A stretch of DNA of 64,000 nucleotides, taken from positions 7,836-71,835 of the IMG/VR virus record IMGVR_UViG_3300029984_000008. The stretch is one strand, 5' to 3'. Below are positions 1 through 10,131 of the stretch, in pieces. The position numbers and the translations under genes are program-made. Source of the stretch: a virus. The first letter of the stretch is position 1. The number at the start of each line of letters is the position of its first letter. Under the pieces are notes generated by a model. It saw only the letters and a program-made list of their open reading frames with translations, was not told the DNA's origin and made no database searches.

Positions 1-1
1 A

Positions 2-1015
2 CCATTTACTGCAAGCGCTCAGCAGTATGAAGGCACCCTATGGAACTTTATGAGCAAGTACAATATAAAGCCTTTTACAGAGCTATTTATTGATACTAGG
101 GACAAGTGGGAAATAATCAACCAGGGTACTGTGGCGCAGACAGTAAATGAGACTGTGGAAGAAACTAGTGAAGATGTAGAAAAAATAGCCTCTGGGGACT
201 GGGGAACACCTGTAATGTTTGGTGAAAAAGATAATGCACAGGTACTCTTAACCTTCAGGAATACGCCTTTTGATAAGACTTCGTGGGATAAACTCAGAAC
301 GCATACAGTAGCGTATGTAGATGTGCTGCAAGAGTCGCTATCCTACTCAGACAATGAGAACTATAATGTATTCTGGGCAGGGTCCACTATGTCGCCTCTG
401 GGTAATACTAAGAATGTAATAACACCATTAATGAACCAAGACAATGTGACCAGGTATGGTATGAACCCACTAGAAATTAGCATAGAGGGCCTCGAGATTG
501 ACCGCTCCCAGTCAGACACGACAGCTGTAGAGCTAGAGGTTATGTCAAATGACCTAAATACTAAGCTGAAGGCATGGTATGAGAACAATGTAGCTTATCT
601 GTCAGGAATGCTTACTATCAGAGGTAAGGGCAGCGTTAAGATTGGTCAAAAGCTAAACTATAAGGACCTAGGGAAAGAGTTCTATATCGAAGGCGTGGGC
701 CAAAATTTTCAAGTATACGGAGAGTGGCAGACTCAGGTGACTGTAACCCGTGGAGGGGATTCAACAACTACAGCCTCTACAGTGACTGTATCGCCTCCAC
801 TTGCAACGCAAACAGATGCTCAAGTTGCTGCAAAGTACTACACTGTGCAAGACGGTGACACGCTTCAGAGTATAGCTGACACCTGCTATGATGATAGTAC
901 TAAGTGGTCTACTCTTTGGGAGGCTAACAAAGATACACTTACAGCGAGAGATAGCAGAAATGCAGCTACCCCTGGTAAGTGGCTATACGCAGGTCAGACC
1001 CTAATAATTCCTTAA
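2..1015 (+). CDS. Baseplate hub-like tail protein with C-terminal LysM-like domain (5' end lies before the window)
   Basis: Frame is open from position 2. C-terminal hub-like motif (GMLTIRG..VKIGQKL..KEFYIEGV.QNF..GEWQTQVTVTRG) is followed by a LysM-like segment (YTVQDGDTLQSIA..W..LWEAN..LYAGQTLIIP). Lies directly upstream of the baseplate genes. Confidence 0.7.
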   Translation, partial: PFTASAQQYEGTLWNFMSKYNIKPFTELFIDTRDKWEIINQGTVAQTVNETVEETSEDVEKIASGDWGTPVMFGEKDNAQVLLTFRNTPFDKTSWDKLRTHTVAYVDVLQESLSYSDNENYNVFWAGSTMSPLGNTKNVITPLMNQDNVTRYGMNPLEISIEGLEIDRSQSDTTAVELEVMSNDLNTKLKAWYENNVAYLSGMLTIRGKGSVKIGQKLNYKDLGKEFYIEGVGQNFQVYGEWQTQVTVTRGGDSTTTASTVTVSPPLATQTDAQVAAKYYTVQDGDTLQSIADTCYDDSTKWSTLWEANKDTLTARDSRNAATPGKWLYAGQTLIIP

Positions 1016-1031
1016 TGAAAGAGGTGATAAT

Positions 1032-1514
1032 ATGCATGAACAATCTGGCCTAGGTGATAGGACAGTATACAAAAACGCTTCCTATGACCAAACACAGATA
1101 GGCAGAGTAACAAGCGTGGCAAACTATGACACTTATGGTCGCATTGAAGTAGTATTTTTAGACTTTAGTAAGCCAGCCCCTGTTTGGGTAGTAGGCGACT
1201 TAGATAAGAAGCCAAAAGAGGGTGACCTGGTGCTTGTAGGTTTCATACAGAGTAGGTCCGACTCACCATATCTAGCAGGCTTCGTGAGAAATGACCACTA
1301 CACAGCTAATTATATAAAGGTAGAACCAGATAAAATAACTATACAGCTGCCCACTAATACTACAGACATAAGTGGACACATGCTAGATGATAGCTTAAAG
1401 GCAACTAGACAGAGCGTAGAAATTACAGCAAGCGAAATAAAAATACAGGGTTCACTAACCTGCACAGGCTCGCTAACTTGCACGGGCACAGTACATGCTT
1501 CAAATATAAACTAG
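1032..1514 (+). CDS. Baseplate spike / gpV-like protein
   Basis: OB-fold-like N-terminus (GRVTSV..GRIEV..P.EGDLVLVGF..PYLAG), beta-repeat C-terminus (GSLTCT twice) and a terminal His; follows the hub gene. Confidence 0.65.
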   Translation: MHEQSGLGDRTVYKNASYDQTQIGRVTSVANYDTYGRIEVVFLDFSKPAPVWVVGDLDKKPKEGDLVLVGFIQSRSDSPYLAGFVRNDHYTANYIKVEPDKITIQLPTNTTDISGHMLDDSLKATRQSVEITASEIKIQGSLTCTGSLTCTGTVHASNIN

Positions 1515-1530
1515 GGGGAGGTGACTTATA

Positions 1531-2133
1531 ATGTCAAATGCACGGGTATCAAGTGCTACACTTAAACAAATGAAAAGCTATCATCACACCTTTGAAATTA
1601 GAAAAAATGATGTAATTATAGTGAGGCACACGCTGCTACTAAATCCACAGAGCTATAGCCAAACCGAGCAGGCTCGTGTAAATGTTACACAGACACTAGG
1701 AGGTTCTTATGTTGTAGACTTCGGTGCAGGCTTACCCACAGTGTCTATATCAGGTACAACTGGCTATAGCCAAAGGTACAATGATGACGGTGAGTACAGG
1801 GATGGCTATGAAGAGTTTATGCACTTCAGAAATAAAGTTTATAGAGAATTTATAGAAACAAATGACCCTGACTATACAATGTTTTGGTATAATTGGGAGG
1901 ATAAGGAGTACTGGCGTATTCAGCCTACTTCGTTTCGATTACAAAGAAGCGTCTCTGAGTCGCTGCTATATCGTTATGAATTCGCCTTCACAGGGCTAGA
2001 GAAGGCTAACGTGTCAGTTAAGAAGGTATCTAATGCTAATGTGGATGCACTGTCTCTAGACACTGCCGCCTCAAGCAAACGTATACTAATAGCTATATCC
2101 AATGCTTCAGAGGTAATTGCAAGTCTTAGTTAA
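1531..2133 (+). CDS. Baseplate / tail-tube initiator-like protein
   Basis: LNPQSYSQ..QTLGG..DFGAG..ISGTTG motif typical of myovirus baseplate genes; gene context. Confidence 0.55.
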   Translation: MSNARVSSATLKQMKSYHHTFEIRKNDVIIVRHTLLLNPQSYSQTEQARVNVTQTLGGSYVVDFGAGLPTVSISGTTGYSQRYNDDGEYRDGYEEFMHFRNKVYREFIETNDPDYTMFWYNWEDKEYWRIQPTSFRLQRSVSESLLYRYEFAFTGLEKANVSVKKVSNANVDALSLDTAASSKRILIAISNASEVIASLS

Positions 2134-2145
2134 GGAGGTGACAAG

Positions 2146-2505
2146 ATGGCTGTAATGTCAAGTACCTACTATCTGCCCAGTGAGGAGCTTAGGTACAGAA
2201 ACTACCCTGAAATAAACACGGTGCTAACTGATGTAAATAGTATTATTAGCTATGCTAAGCGTGTCAACATTGCACTGGTTAATTATAACTCAGGTGCCTA
2301 CGATAAGATTGATGTAGACACCGTAGCTCTTCAAAACTATATAGACTTATGCCGCTCAGTAAATGCAATTTTAGGTAATGCTACTAATGTATGTTACGAC
2401 CTTTTAGTTGAAATTAGAGCTCTGCAGACAGAGTTCCAGACAATAATGTACCTTAAAAATAAATACAATAATAAGTATGTAGGAACACCTACAAGTACCA
2501 CCTAG
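2146..2505 (+). CDS. Hypothetical virion protein
   Basis: Strong RBS (AAGGAGGTG); inside the baseplate operon. Confidence 0.6.
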   Translation: MAVMSSTYYLPSEELRYRNYPEINTVLTDVNSIISYAKRVNIALVNYNSGAYDKIDVDTVALQNYIDLCRSVNAILGNATNVCYDLLVEIRALQTEFQTIMYLKNKYNNKYVGTPTSTT

Positions 2506-2517
2506 GGAGGTGATAAG

Positions 2518-3453
2518 ATGGCAACAGCACACGTTTTAGCTTATATGGATACCCTACAATCATTAGCACTACAGTACCTAGGTGATGCTACAAGTTGGAC
2601 TACTATATCTGACTATAATAACTTGGCTAGCCCCTATATAGTGAGCAGCAAAGATGATACTTATCAGTTTTACGGAAGCGGTTATGCAACTGTGATAAGG
2701 TCTAATACCGCTGAGAATGCGACTGTACGAAAAGGCTGCCAGTTTAAAACAAAGCCTACACTATTTGAAGGCAGTGTAACTAGGACTTTTGAAGTTACCG
2801 AGGACACAGTTATACCAGCAGGTGTAGCCACTGCCTATCTACCTCTACGTTGCACAGCTCCAGGGACCTTCGGAAATGTAATGGAGTACATGATTACTGA
2901 GGCTGGAAGCAACTTAGATAGCTTCAGTGACACAGCTTTTGTAGCTATATACAATGAGGCATGTTTTACGGGTGGGTGTGATATTAACGTGCTAATAGTA
3001 GGTGACACAATCTATATACCTGTAAGCTCCTCTGAAGAGGCTATTACACAAAATAGTACAGCTGACTATGTAAACGGAGAGGACTTAGTGCTGGATATAT
3101 ATGGCAACCTGGTCTTTGATGACAGCGGCGGTGACCTATCCTCTGCATCAGGTGCACTTAATGTCAAGTATGCAGTAATTGCCAGAGTAACCACAATGCT
3201 TAATGAACTTACTATGCATCCGACATATGGCTCAGAGGTGCAAGACCTTATAGGAAACCCAAATATAGCTAACCAAACTAAGCTTATAGAAGTAGCCGTG
3301 CTGAGAGCACTAGCTTCAGAGGACCGTATTGATAATGTAACAATAAACTCAGTTACCACCTTGGGGACTAGTGTAAGTGTAGATATTTCCTATACTTTAA
3401 CTAGTAACAGTACTAGCGATAGTGCAGTGGCAACAGTAGCAGTAGCAGCATAG
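2518..3453 (+). CDS. Baseplate protein: N-terminal LysM-like and C-terminal gp25/GpW-like wedge domain
   Basis: DTLQSLALQYLGDA..W..I..YNNL..P (LysM-like); C-terminal HPTYGS..LIG..ALASEDRI (gp25-like). Confidence 0.7.
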   Translation: MATAHVLAYMDTLQSLALQYLGDATSWTTISDYNNLASPYIVSSKDDTYQFYGSGYATVIRSNTAENATVRKGCQFKTKPTLFEGSVTRTFEVTEDTVIPAGVATAYLPLRCTAPGTFGNVMEYMITEAGSNLDSFSDTAFVAIYNEACFTGGCDINVLIVGDTIYIPVSSSEEAITQNSTADYVNGEDLVLDIYGNLVFDDSGGDLSSASGALNVKYAVIARVTTMLNELTMHPTYGSEVQDLIGNPNIANQTKLIEVAVLRALASEDRIDNVTINSVTTLGTSVSVDISYTLTSNSTSDSAVATVAVAA

Positions 3454-3469
3454 AAGGGAGGTAGATAAA

Positions 3470-4615
3470 ATGTCTTTTGATAGAAAATCAATGGAAAGCA
3501 TAGTAGCCGACATGATTACCTGGACTAAAGGGGTATCCGTTAAGCTAACTGATTTTACAGTAGGCTCTAAAGTAAGAACCATTTATGAAGCAGTAGCTAT
3601 AGTACTGGAAGAGCAAACTGATAAGCTATATAGATACATGAAAGAGCTTATAGAAACTAATGTATATGCAGTGTTTGGTTTTGATAAAACACCAGCTGTG
3701 TATGCTACAGGGGTAGCTACATTTTCAAGGAGCACAGCGGCTACTGGTACCTACTATATTGCAGCTGGTACTACTCTAACATCTAAAGCTTCACAGTATA
3801 GTTCTCCCATTAAATTCTATACCACAGCAGCAGCAGTTATAGAAATAGGAGCTACTTCAGTGGACGTAGCAGTAATATGTGCTGTGGCAGGAACAGCGGG
3901 TAATATATATGCCAACACACTAACAACATTTATAATGCAACCTACAGGTGTTGAAAGGGTAACTAATGCCTCAGCCTTTATTAACGGGGCAGAGGAGGAG
4001 ACTTCTGATAAGCAAAAAACTAGGTTTCAGGAATTTATGGAAGCTCAGTCTAGAGGGGTACTTCAGTCTATAGCATACGGAGCTAAAAAAGCCACTGTAA
4101 CTAATAGTAGTGGCACAGTTATTGAGTTGGTAACTCAAGCCACAGCCACAGAGGACCTTGTTAATAAACTTTGCCAAGTAGACCTCTATATATGGAATGG
4201 CGTAGGCACTGCCTCTGCAGCTTTAATAACTAACGTAGGCACCGTGCTAACAGGTTACTATGACTCTAACGGTGACCCAGTGTACGGTTATAAGCCAGCA
4301 GGTGTAAAGGTAAATGTATACTCTGCACCTATGAAAACTGTTAAAGTGAAGCTAGCGTTAACACCTGAAAGTTGGACTACTTTGGCTGCTATTCAAGCTA
4401 CGGTGGAAGCAGAAGTAACTCGATACTTCAGTAGTCTTGTACTTAATCAAACAGCTATTCAGTCAGCAGTAGAGGCCTGTGTAAAAAATATCAGCGGTGT
4501 AAGTGACATTAAGCTCTATATGTCAATAGACTCAGGGGTTACCTATACTATGGACAATGTAACACCTAGTACTAATGGCATCGTGGTAATGAATAGCCCA
4601 ATTGTTTATGTGTAG
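3470..4615 (+). CDS. Baseplate J/gp47-family wedge protein
   Basis: DFTVGS..RTI.EAVA, ATG.ATFSR, C..AGTAGN and VTN..AF.NG.EEE motifs; indicates a contractile tail. Confidence 0.85.
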   Translation: MSFDRKSMESIVADMITWTKGVSVKLTDFTVGSKVRTIYEAVAIVLEEQTDKLYRYMKELIETNVYAVFGFDKTPAVYATGVATFSRSTAATGTYYIAAGTTLTSKASQYSSPIKFYTTAAAVIEIGATSVDVAVICAVAGTAGNIYANTLTTFIMQPTGVERVTNASAFINGAEEETSDKQKTRFQEFMEAQSRGVLQSIAYGAKKATVTNSSGTVIELVTQATATEDLVNKLCQVDLYIWNGVGTASAALITNVGTVLTGYYDSNGDPVYGYKPAGVKVNVYSAPMKTVKVKLALTPESWTTLAAIQATVEAEVTRYFSSLVLNQTAIQSAVEACVKNISGVSDIKLYMSIDSGVTYTMDNVTPSTNGIVVMNSPIVYV

Positions 4616-4629
4616 GGTGGTGATACTAC

Positions 4630-5661
4630 ATGAATGTACTAAATAAAGTTCTAGCAAACCTTACTAGTAAATGGAATACAGAGGCTCAGGATATTAGAGC
4701 TATAACCATAGCTAAAGGCACTGGCAAATACAACCTGGTAACTGTCACCTCTACACAGCTATATTTTCATTCAACTAGCTACCAAGCTAATATGCCAACG
4801 TCACAGTCTATTTACTTAGACGACTACACAATAGGTGAACTAATAACTGCTATTAATAAGCTGGGGTATATAGCAAATTTAGCTTCCGAGGCCACTGCAC
4901 AGTCATATGATTCTATGAAAGCTTGTACCCTGATGGAGGTTACAGGCATACCACTTTCAGGTATACCAACTTTAACAGTTTTCACTTCCACTTTATGGCA
5001 GCTATTATATCCTATTATGCGAGCCGTAGAGGCATGGGGTATTAATATGGACAATAGTATACCCCAAATGTATGCGAACGTCACAGGGGGCACCTGGGTA
5101 GATTACTGGGCTACTTTTTTCAATGTACAGAGAACTAATGGCCAAAGTGATGAGGCTGTGCGTAAAAATATGTTTATGAACCTAGCAGATATTAAAACAA
5201 ATAATATAGCACTTGCAGAGCTTGTATCACTTATCACAAAGAGTAAAGTATCTGTAATAGACGTATCCCCAGGGATATTTGAAATTGAAATAGGGCTTAG
5301 CTATATGAGTTCCGCTGTGGATGTTCACACGATTATTGATAGTGCTAAAGGTGGCGGCATAAAATACTACCTAAACTATACAGGTGTAGCTAGCACGGAG
5401 GACTATAAAGCAGAGTATAAAACTGTACATGGTAGTGACTTTGCAAGTAGCGCCGATGCGGGTGTTTCTGTGGCTATGACATTAGCTGAACCTGAAGCAT
5501 TCCGAATGGTACAGATAAACGCCTCACTTACACTAAATAAAGATAATATAGGTCCAGACGGGGCTACTATGCAGCTAGTACCAGCACCAGTTCGTATGAA
5601 GGATACAGCTACTATGACTTTAACATTAAACGGCACTGTCACAAGAACAGGCACAGTATAG
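4630..5661 (+). CDS. Baseplate wedge protein (gpI-like)
   Basis: G.WVDYWATFFNVQR.NGQSDE..R motif; immediately follows baseplate J. Confidence 0.6.
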   Translation: MNVLNKVLANLTSKWNTEAQDIRAITIAKGTGKYNLVTVTSTQLYFHSTSYQANMPTSQSIYLDDYTIGELITAINKLGYIANLASEATAQSYDSMKACTLMEVTGIPLSGIPTLTVFTSTLWQLLYPIMRAVEAWGINMDNSIPQMYANVTGGTWVDYWATFFNVQRTNGQSDEAVRKNMFMNLADIKTNNIALAELVSLITKSKVSVIDVSPGIFEIEIGLSYMSSAVDVHTIIDSAKGGGIKYYLNYTGVASTEDYKAEYKTVHGSDFASSADAGVSVAMTLAEPEAFRMVQINASLTLNKDNIGPDGATMQLVPAPVRMKDTATMTLTLNGTVTRTGTV

Positions 5662-5677
5662 AAGGAGGTACAACTAA

Positions 5678-6280
5678 ATGAACGATACAAAGTTTATGGA
5701 TTCATATCCAGAGGACTTAGGTGGTCCAAAAGGCTTTATAGGGGGCTACCTGCACAATGGAGAGGCTAAATTTATATCAATAGGCTCGGGGGCAGACCCT
5801 AGGCAGGGATACTTTGAAATTCCACAAGACAGTATAGTTAGGGAAATGCACGCCAAAAACCTTATAGTTAGTGAAGCCTCTGTATTCATGGCTAAACGTA
5901 TGGTACCAGGTACTTCATGGGGTAATGGTATAAATTACCTAGAGGTTGGCACAGGGGTGGGCACTGGTACAACAGCTGTGCCTCAAGCAGAAACACTTGC
6001 TCAGACAGCCCTAAGGGTGCCCTTAGCTAGAAAAGCTATCACAGCCTGGACATATTTAGACACGAACGGTAATGCTACAGCCACTGAGACTAATGTTATA
6101 CAATTTACCACCGTATTTGATGAAGCAGAGGCAGTAGGTAGCATAGTAGAAATGGGGCTCTTCGGTGGTAATGCAACTACTACCCTAAGCTCTGGCTATA
6201 TGTTCAACTATAAAACATTCGGAGTATGGACCAAAGGCTCAACACTGAAACTCACAGTAGCCTGGGTTATAACATTTTAG
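5678..6280 (+). CDS. Baseplate / tail-fibre attachment protein
   Basis: KNLIV, VGTG, EA.GSIVEMGLFGG and YKTF..K..L...W.ITF motifs common to myovirus fibre-attachment proteins. Confidence 0.6.
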   Translation: MNDTKFMDSYPEDLGGPKGFIGGYLHNGEAKFISIGSGADPRQGYFEIPQDSIVREMHAKNLIVSEASVFMAKRMVPGTSWGNGINYLEVGTGVGTGTTAVPQAETLAQTALRVPLARKAITAWTYLDTNGNATATETNVIQFTTVFDEAEAVGSIVEMGLFGGNATTTLSSGYMFNYKTFGVWTKGSTLKLTVAWVITF

Positions 6281-6296
6281 AGGGAGGTGCTTTTAA

Positions 6297-8009
6297 ATGA
6301 CAGTAAGCTATTCAGCAGTAGACAAATTTAATGTCAGTAATGGCTTTAACCAGGTCAAGTTCGGTAGCCCAGCTAAGATACTTGAAACTGAGCTTAATGA
6401 AATGCAAAAGATACAAAATAACCAATTAGGACTACTAGGGAAGTCACTTATAACAGATGGTTTCTATACTAAAGCCACTATGACACTCTCAGGTACTGTG
6501 CTAACAGTACCAGCTACCACTGTAGTAATTGGGGGCATAGCCTATATAATACTGGGAGACATGACCCTCAGTGTATCCAGTGGTGATATTGTATACTTAG
6601 CTGTTATTAATACAGAGGTCACTGGTGATACCTCACTGGTAGCTAGTGGTAACTTAAGTGGTGGCGCTGTTATAGCTAATAATATTAATGATACTAGAAT
6701 GGGCGGCCTAGAGACAGCACACAGAATACAGGTACAATTTCAGCTTACAAAGACTAATACAAACTCAGCGGCTATTTATTTAGCTGTAGCTACTATGACA
6801 AGTGGCACTACATTTACAGACAATCGTATAAAATGCACGGTAGCTCTAGGGGACGTTACAAAAGCAGACAAAATTGCAGCGCCAGTAGCTGATGACATAC
6901 TAACAATGGATGCCAGCGGTAACCTAAAAGATTCAGGTAAAAAAGTAACTGACCTTGTAGCTAACACCGACTTAATATACCCAGTAGCAGGTGGTACGGC
7001 TACAGCTCTTACAGTGACTGGTGTAACGCTGCTAAATAACTACCCTAAGACTTTTATAGCTGGTGCTAGCAACGGTGGCGCTGCTACTACTATTAACGGC
7101 ATAAAGGCGTACAAGCCAGGGGGTACTCTACCTCCGACTTTTGTAGTGGGTAAGCCCTATACTATTTACTACAATTTAGCAGGTCCCAATTTTTTTGTTT
7201 CTGCTAGTGCAGAGGGTACTGCACTAGCGTCTCAGGTTCTAGCACCTACAACATTCAGTAATGGTGTAGATGTCAATATTCCAGGAACTATGGTCGATAG
7301 AACAGGTACACTTTTAGGAGCAACAGGTGTAGCTGACGGAGTAGGGGATGTTACATTAATCCCTCCAATCGGATTTTACGACGGTGTTACTGCTAAAATA
7401 AAAGCATGGGATACTAACTTTATTGCTTCTAATTTTTTAAGCACTGTATCAATGTTTGGATTAACTGGAAGTATTCCCGTTTTAACGGGCTATAGAAATG
7501 CCACAGGTGTTGGAAAATGGGGGAATGGAGATTTAGCTGTTTATCCTGAAAAGGGTTATCAAAAAGGTGGTGCAGGTGATGGTGAAATAAGAGTATCAGT
7601 TGCTCAGATACAATCTGTAAATGGAAATCTACAGTCTGGTAATATAGTAAACAATATGGAAATATGTGGAATAATAGGTAATGTAACAATAGAAAGTTTG
7701 GGTGGAAAAAAATATGCTACTGGTACTTCCACTGTATCAACAGGTGTCATTTTAAGCACTATAAATTTATCTGGGCTAGGGTTTACACCTTCTACGATAA
7801 TGGGTATTGGAACAGCTATAGTTGATGGTAGTTATCAAGGTGTAGGGGTATTTTACCAAAGTAATTTAAATACGTTTTATTATTACTATCAAGGTATTGG
7901 AATGAAATTGTTTAATACTTCATCGTATAACTTATCTAGCCTTAATGTGCTTCAAACAGAGGGTAAGCCAGTAACTAGCGGCACTATTACATGGTACGCT
8001 TACGAATAA
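6297..8009 (+). CDS. Tail fibre / receptor-binding protein
   Basis: N-terminal F..V.FG..ILE.ELNEMQ baseplate-anchor motif; Gly/Thr-rich beta-type body; C-terminal W.AYE. Confidence 0.75.
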   Translation: MTVSYSAVDKFNVSNGFNQVKFGSPAKILETELNEMQKIQNNQLGLLGKSLITDGFYTKATMTLSGTVLTVPATTVVIGGIAYIILGDMTLSVSSGDIVYLAVINTEVTGDTSLVASGNLSGGAVIANNINDTRMGGLETAHRIQVQFQLTKTNTNSAAIYLAVATMTSGTTFTDNRIKCTVALGDVTKADKIAAPVADDILTMDASGNLKDSGKKVTDLVANTDLIYPVAGGTATALTVTGVTLLNNYPKTFIAGASNGGAATTINGIKAYKPGGTLPPTFVVGKPYTIYYNLAGPNFFVSASAEGTALASQVLAPTTFSNGVDVNIPGTMVDRTGTLLGATGVADGVGDVTLIPPIGFYDGVTAKIKAWDTNFIASNFLSTVSMFGLTGSIPVLTGYRNATGVGKWGNGDLAVYPEKGYQKGGAGDGEIRVSVAQIQSVNGNLQSGNIVNNMEICGIIGNVTIESLGGKKYATGTSTVSTGVILSTINLSGLGFTPSTIMGIGTAIVDGSYQGVGVFYQSNLNTFYYYYQGIGMKLFNTSSYNLSSLNVLQTEGKPVTSGTITWYAYE

Positions 8010-8024
8010 GGGGGGCGGTAAACA

Positions 8025-8279
8025 ATGAATCAAGTGCGTGCAAAAATATATTATGATACTACAACAGGTGCTGTTTTACTGGTTACGCCAGAAATGCAGG
8101 GCTATGTAAGCACGACAACTAAAGAACAAGATATGCTAATATATGCAGAAATAAAAGGTAAAAGTACGTATGCTATAGACTATATAGAGCTACCGTATGG
8201 TAGCATGGCTGCTACTTTTGCAAATGCCACTTCATGGTCTGTTGATATAAATACTAAGAAATTAAAATTAACATACTAA
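8025..8279 (+). CDS. Putative tail-fibre assembly/chaperone protein
   Basis: Small gene directly after the fibre (KIYYD..TG.VL motif). Confidence 0.5.
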   Translation: MNQVRAKIYYDTTTGAVLLVTPEMQGYVSTTTKEQDMLIYAEIKGKSTYAIDYIELPYGSMAATFANATSWSVDINTKKLKLTY

Positions 8280-8378
8280 AAGTATAAAGTGACACACAGA
8301 ATCTTCAAAATATGGTAATATTACAGATATAAAAACCTTTGAAAAGCTGGCAATAAAAAGCTTGAGGGGGAGATATAC

Positions 8379-8828
8379 ATGACTCTGAACTTATCTAATA
8401 TCCCGTGGTGGGCTGCAGTTATTGTAGCACTAATAGCCTCTGGGGGCACTTACATGGCTGTTATTAGGAAATCCAACGACGAGGTACAGCGCACAATGGT
8501 TACACAGGCAGTAGCAAGACAGCAGCAGCTAGACGAGCGACAAGAGAAGATGATGAATGACTTAAGCATGGAGATAGGCAGATTAAAAGATGACCAACTT
8601 ATAGTACGAAAGGAACTAAGTGAGGAGAGAGCAGCCAACCGTGTGCTTAATGAAAGTATGGAAACTCTTAAAGATAAGAATGAACAGCTTACAGTAACTA
8701 ACCTCGAACTAGTTAGACAGGTTAAAGAACTTACAGCTACTAATCTTGAGCTAGTTAAACAAATAAAAGAGCTACAGATGTCTTTGGCTAAATTTGAAAG
8801 TTCACAAAATAATGAAAAAGTTAATTAA
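8379..8828 (+). CDS. Membrane-anchored coiled-coil protein (lysis-associated?)
   Basis: One N-terminal TM segment followed by heptad repeats, including a duplicated TNLELV.Q.KEL. Confidence 0.55.
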   Translation: MTLNLSNIPWWAAVIVALIASGGTYMAVIRKSNDEVQRTMVTQAVARQQQLDERQEKMMNDLSMEIGRLKDDQLIVRKELSEERAANRVLNESMETLKDKNEQLTVTNLELVRQVKELTATNLELVKQIKELQMSLAKFESSQNNEKVN

Positions 8829-8853
8829 AATAAAAATAGGAAGGATGATATAA

Positions 8854-9585
8854 ATGGATGAAAATAATATCGTAATAACTGAACCAACCATAGCCACTGA
8901 AACTACTACAGGTGCAACTACTGGGGGTACTGATGCTATAGCAGCTGCTATTACTGCCGCTGTTAACACAGCTATTGCTAATGCCGTAACTGCAGCTACT
9001 GCAACACCTGCAGATGCTACAAGCGCTGACGCTCAACCAGCTGCTACAACTGCTACAACTGCTACAGATACTGGAGCTATACCTGCAGCCACTGAGGACA
9101 GCACTGCTAAAGTTGCTGAAGAAGTACAAGTCTCTGCACCTACAGAGGACAGCACTGATAAGGTCCCTGAAGACACTACTGTTACTTCTGAAGAAGCTAC
9201 ACCAGTAGAAGCTGAAGTAGTACAAGCCTCTACAGCTACTGAGGACACTGCTACCACAGGTTCTACAGATACTTCAGCCTCTACATCTATTGTTGAGACT
9301 GACAAAGTTATTGCAGCTATCACTGAAGCTATTACAGCAGCTACTACTGCTACAACTACAGTGGCTACAACTAAAGTAGTAACAGTGGATAGCATGGTTA
9401 ACAACATAGCTTCAAAAATGACTGCAGCTACTTTTTGGGTGGGAGCTATAGGAGTATTCAAATTATGTACTGACTCTTTTGGTGTAAAATTTCCAGATGA
9501 ACAATGGGATACAATAGCTAATGCTATGGCTACTATATGTACTGCCATTGGTGTTATAGCTAGTCATATCAAGAGCGGAGAGTAG
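8854..9585 (+). CDS. Putative holin with long low-complexity N-terminal extension
   Basis: C-terminal ~55 aa with two hydrophobic helices (FWVGAIGVF..; IANAMATICTAIGVI) resembling small Firmicutes phage holins; last gene of the late operon. Confidence 0.5.
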   Translation: MDENNIVITEPTIATETTTGATTGGTDAIAAAITAAVNTAIANAVTAATATPADATSADAQPAATTATTATDTGAIPAATEDSTAKVAEEVQVSAPTEDSTDKVPEDTTVTSEEATPVEAEVVQASTATEDTATTGSTDTSASTSIVETDKVIAAITEAITAATTATTTVATTKVVTVDSMVNNIASKMTAATFWVGAIGVFKLCTDSFGVKFPDEQWDTIANAMATICTAIGVIASHIKSGE

Positions 9586-9598
9586 TATATAGGTTTAC

Positions 9599-9632
9599 GA
9601 TTACAGAGGCTAAATGGCCTCTGTAATTTTTT
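9599..9632 (+). terminator. Rho-independent terminator of the late operon
   Basis: ttacagaggc-taaatg-gcctctgtaa followed by a T-run. Confidence 0.8.
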
Positions 9633-9645
9633 TCTTTAAAAAGGG

Positions 9646-9674
9646 TTTACATAGTTGTGCAAAGTTGTTATAAT
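9646..9674 (+). promoter_or_regulatory. Sigma-A promoter of hup with TTGT boxes in the spacer
   Basis: TTTACA-17-TATAAT with extended TG. Confidence 0.75.
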
Positions 9675-9739
9675 TTGTATAGATGATGGTTAAAGCCACA
9701 TTATACCAGGCACACAAAAAAACGTAGGAGGCATATAGT

Positions 9740-10063
9740 ATGAACAAAGAGGAATTAGTAAAATCAATAGCTGACAAAGCTACTAAGGAGACAGGGTTAC
9801 AAATATCTCAAAAGGTGGCCAAGGCTTGCTTAGACGCTGTAATACTTACAGTGGAGGAAAGAACTAAGAAAAGAGAAGATGTAATATTAGTTGGTTTTGG
9901 GACATTCTCTACAGCAGACCGAGCTGCTAGAGTTGGTAGAAACCCAAGAACTAAAGAAGTAATAAATATTCCTGCAAAAGTAGTACCTACATTTGCAGCT
10001 GGTAAAACTTTCAAAAGTTACACAGCTTCTTTAAAAGCTAAAGTTAAAAAAGTAAAGAAATAG
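9740..10063 (+). CDS. hup: HU-family DNA-binding protein with Lys-rich tail
   Basis: MNKEELV..IA, V.LVGFGTF, R.ARVGRNPRT.E.I.IPA..VP.F.AGK..K. Confidence 0.95.
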   Translation: MNKEELVKSIADKATKETGLQISQKVAKACLDAVILTVEERTKKREDVILVGFGTFSTADRAARVGRNPRTKEVINIPAKVVPTFAAGKTFKSYTASLKAKVKKVKK

Positions 10064-10131
10064 TCTTATCCTCATCGTGTTGACTATCTCATATCCCTAA
10101 AGCTACTCCTAGCACCCCCTTGATATAGAGT

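Noticed and set aside
6297-8279. Diversity-generating retroelement or invertase switching of the tail fibre
   Set aside because: No reverse transcriptase, template repeat or recombinase is seen in the window.
8821-9548. Minus-strand ORFs opposite the holin-like gene, and similar short antisense ORFs throughout the track
   Set aside because: Shadows of low-complexity or codon-biased genes; no RBS or recognisable motifs.
8379-9585. Endolysin in the lysis region
   Set aside because: Neither ORF has amidase, glycosidase or peptidase motifs; the endolysin is probably outside the window.
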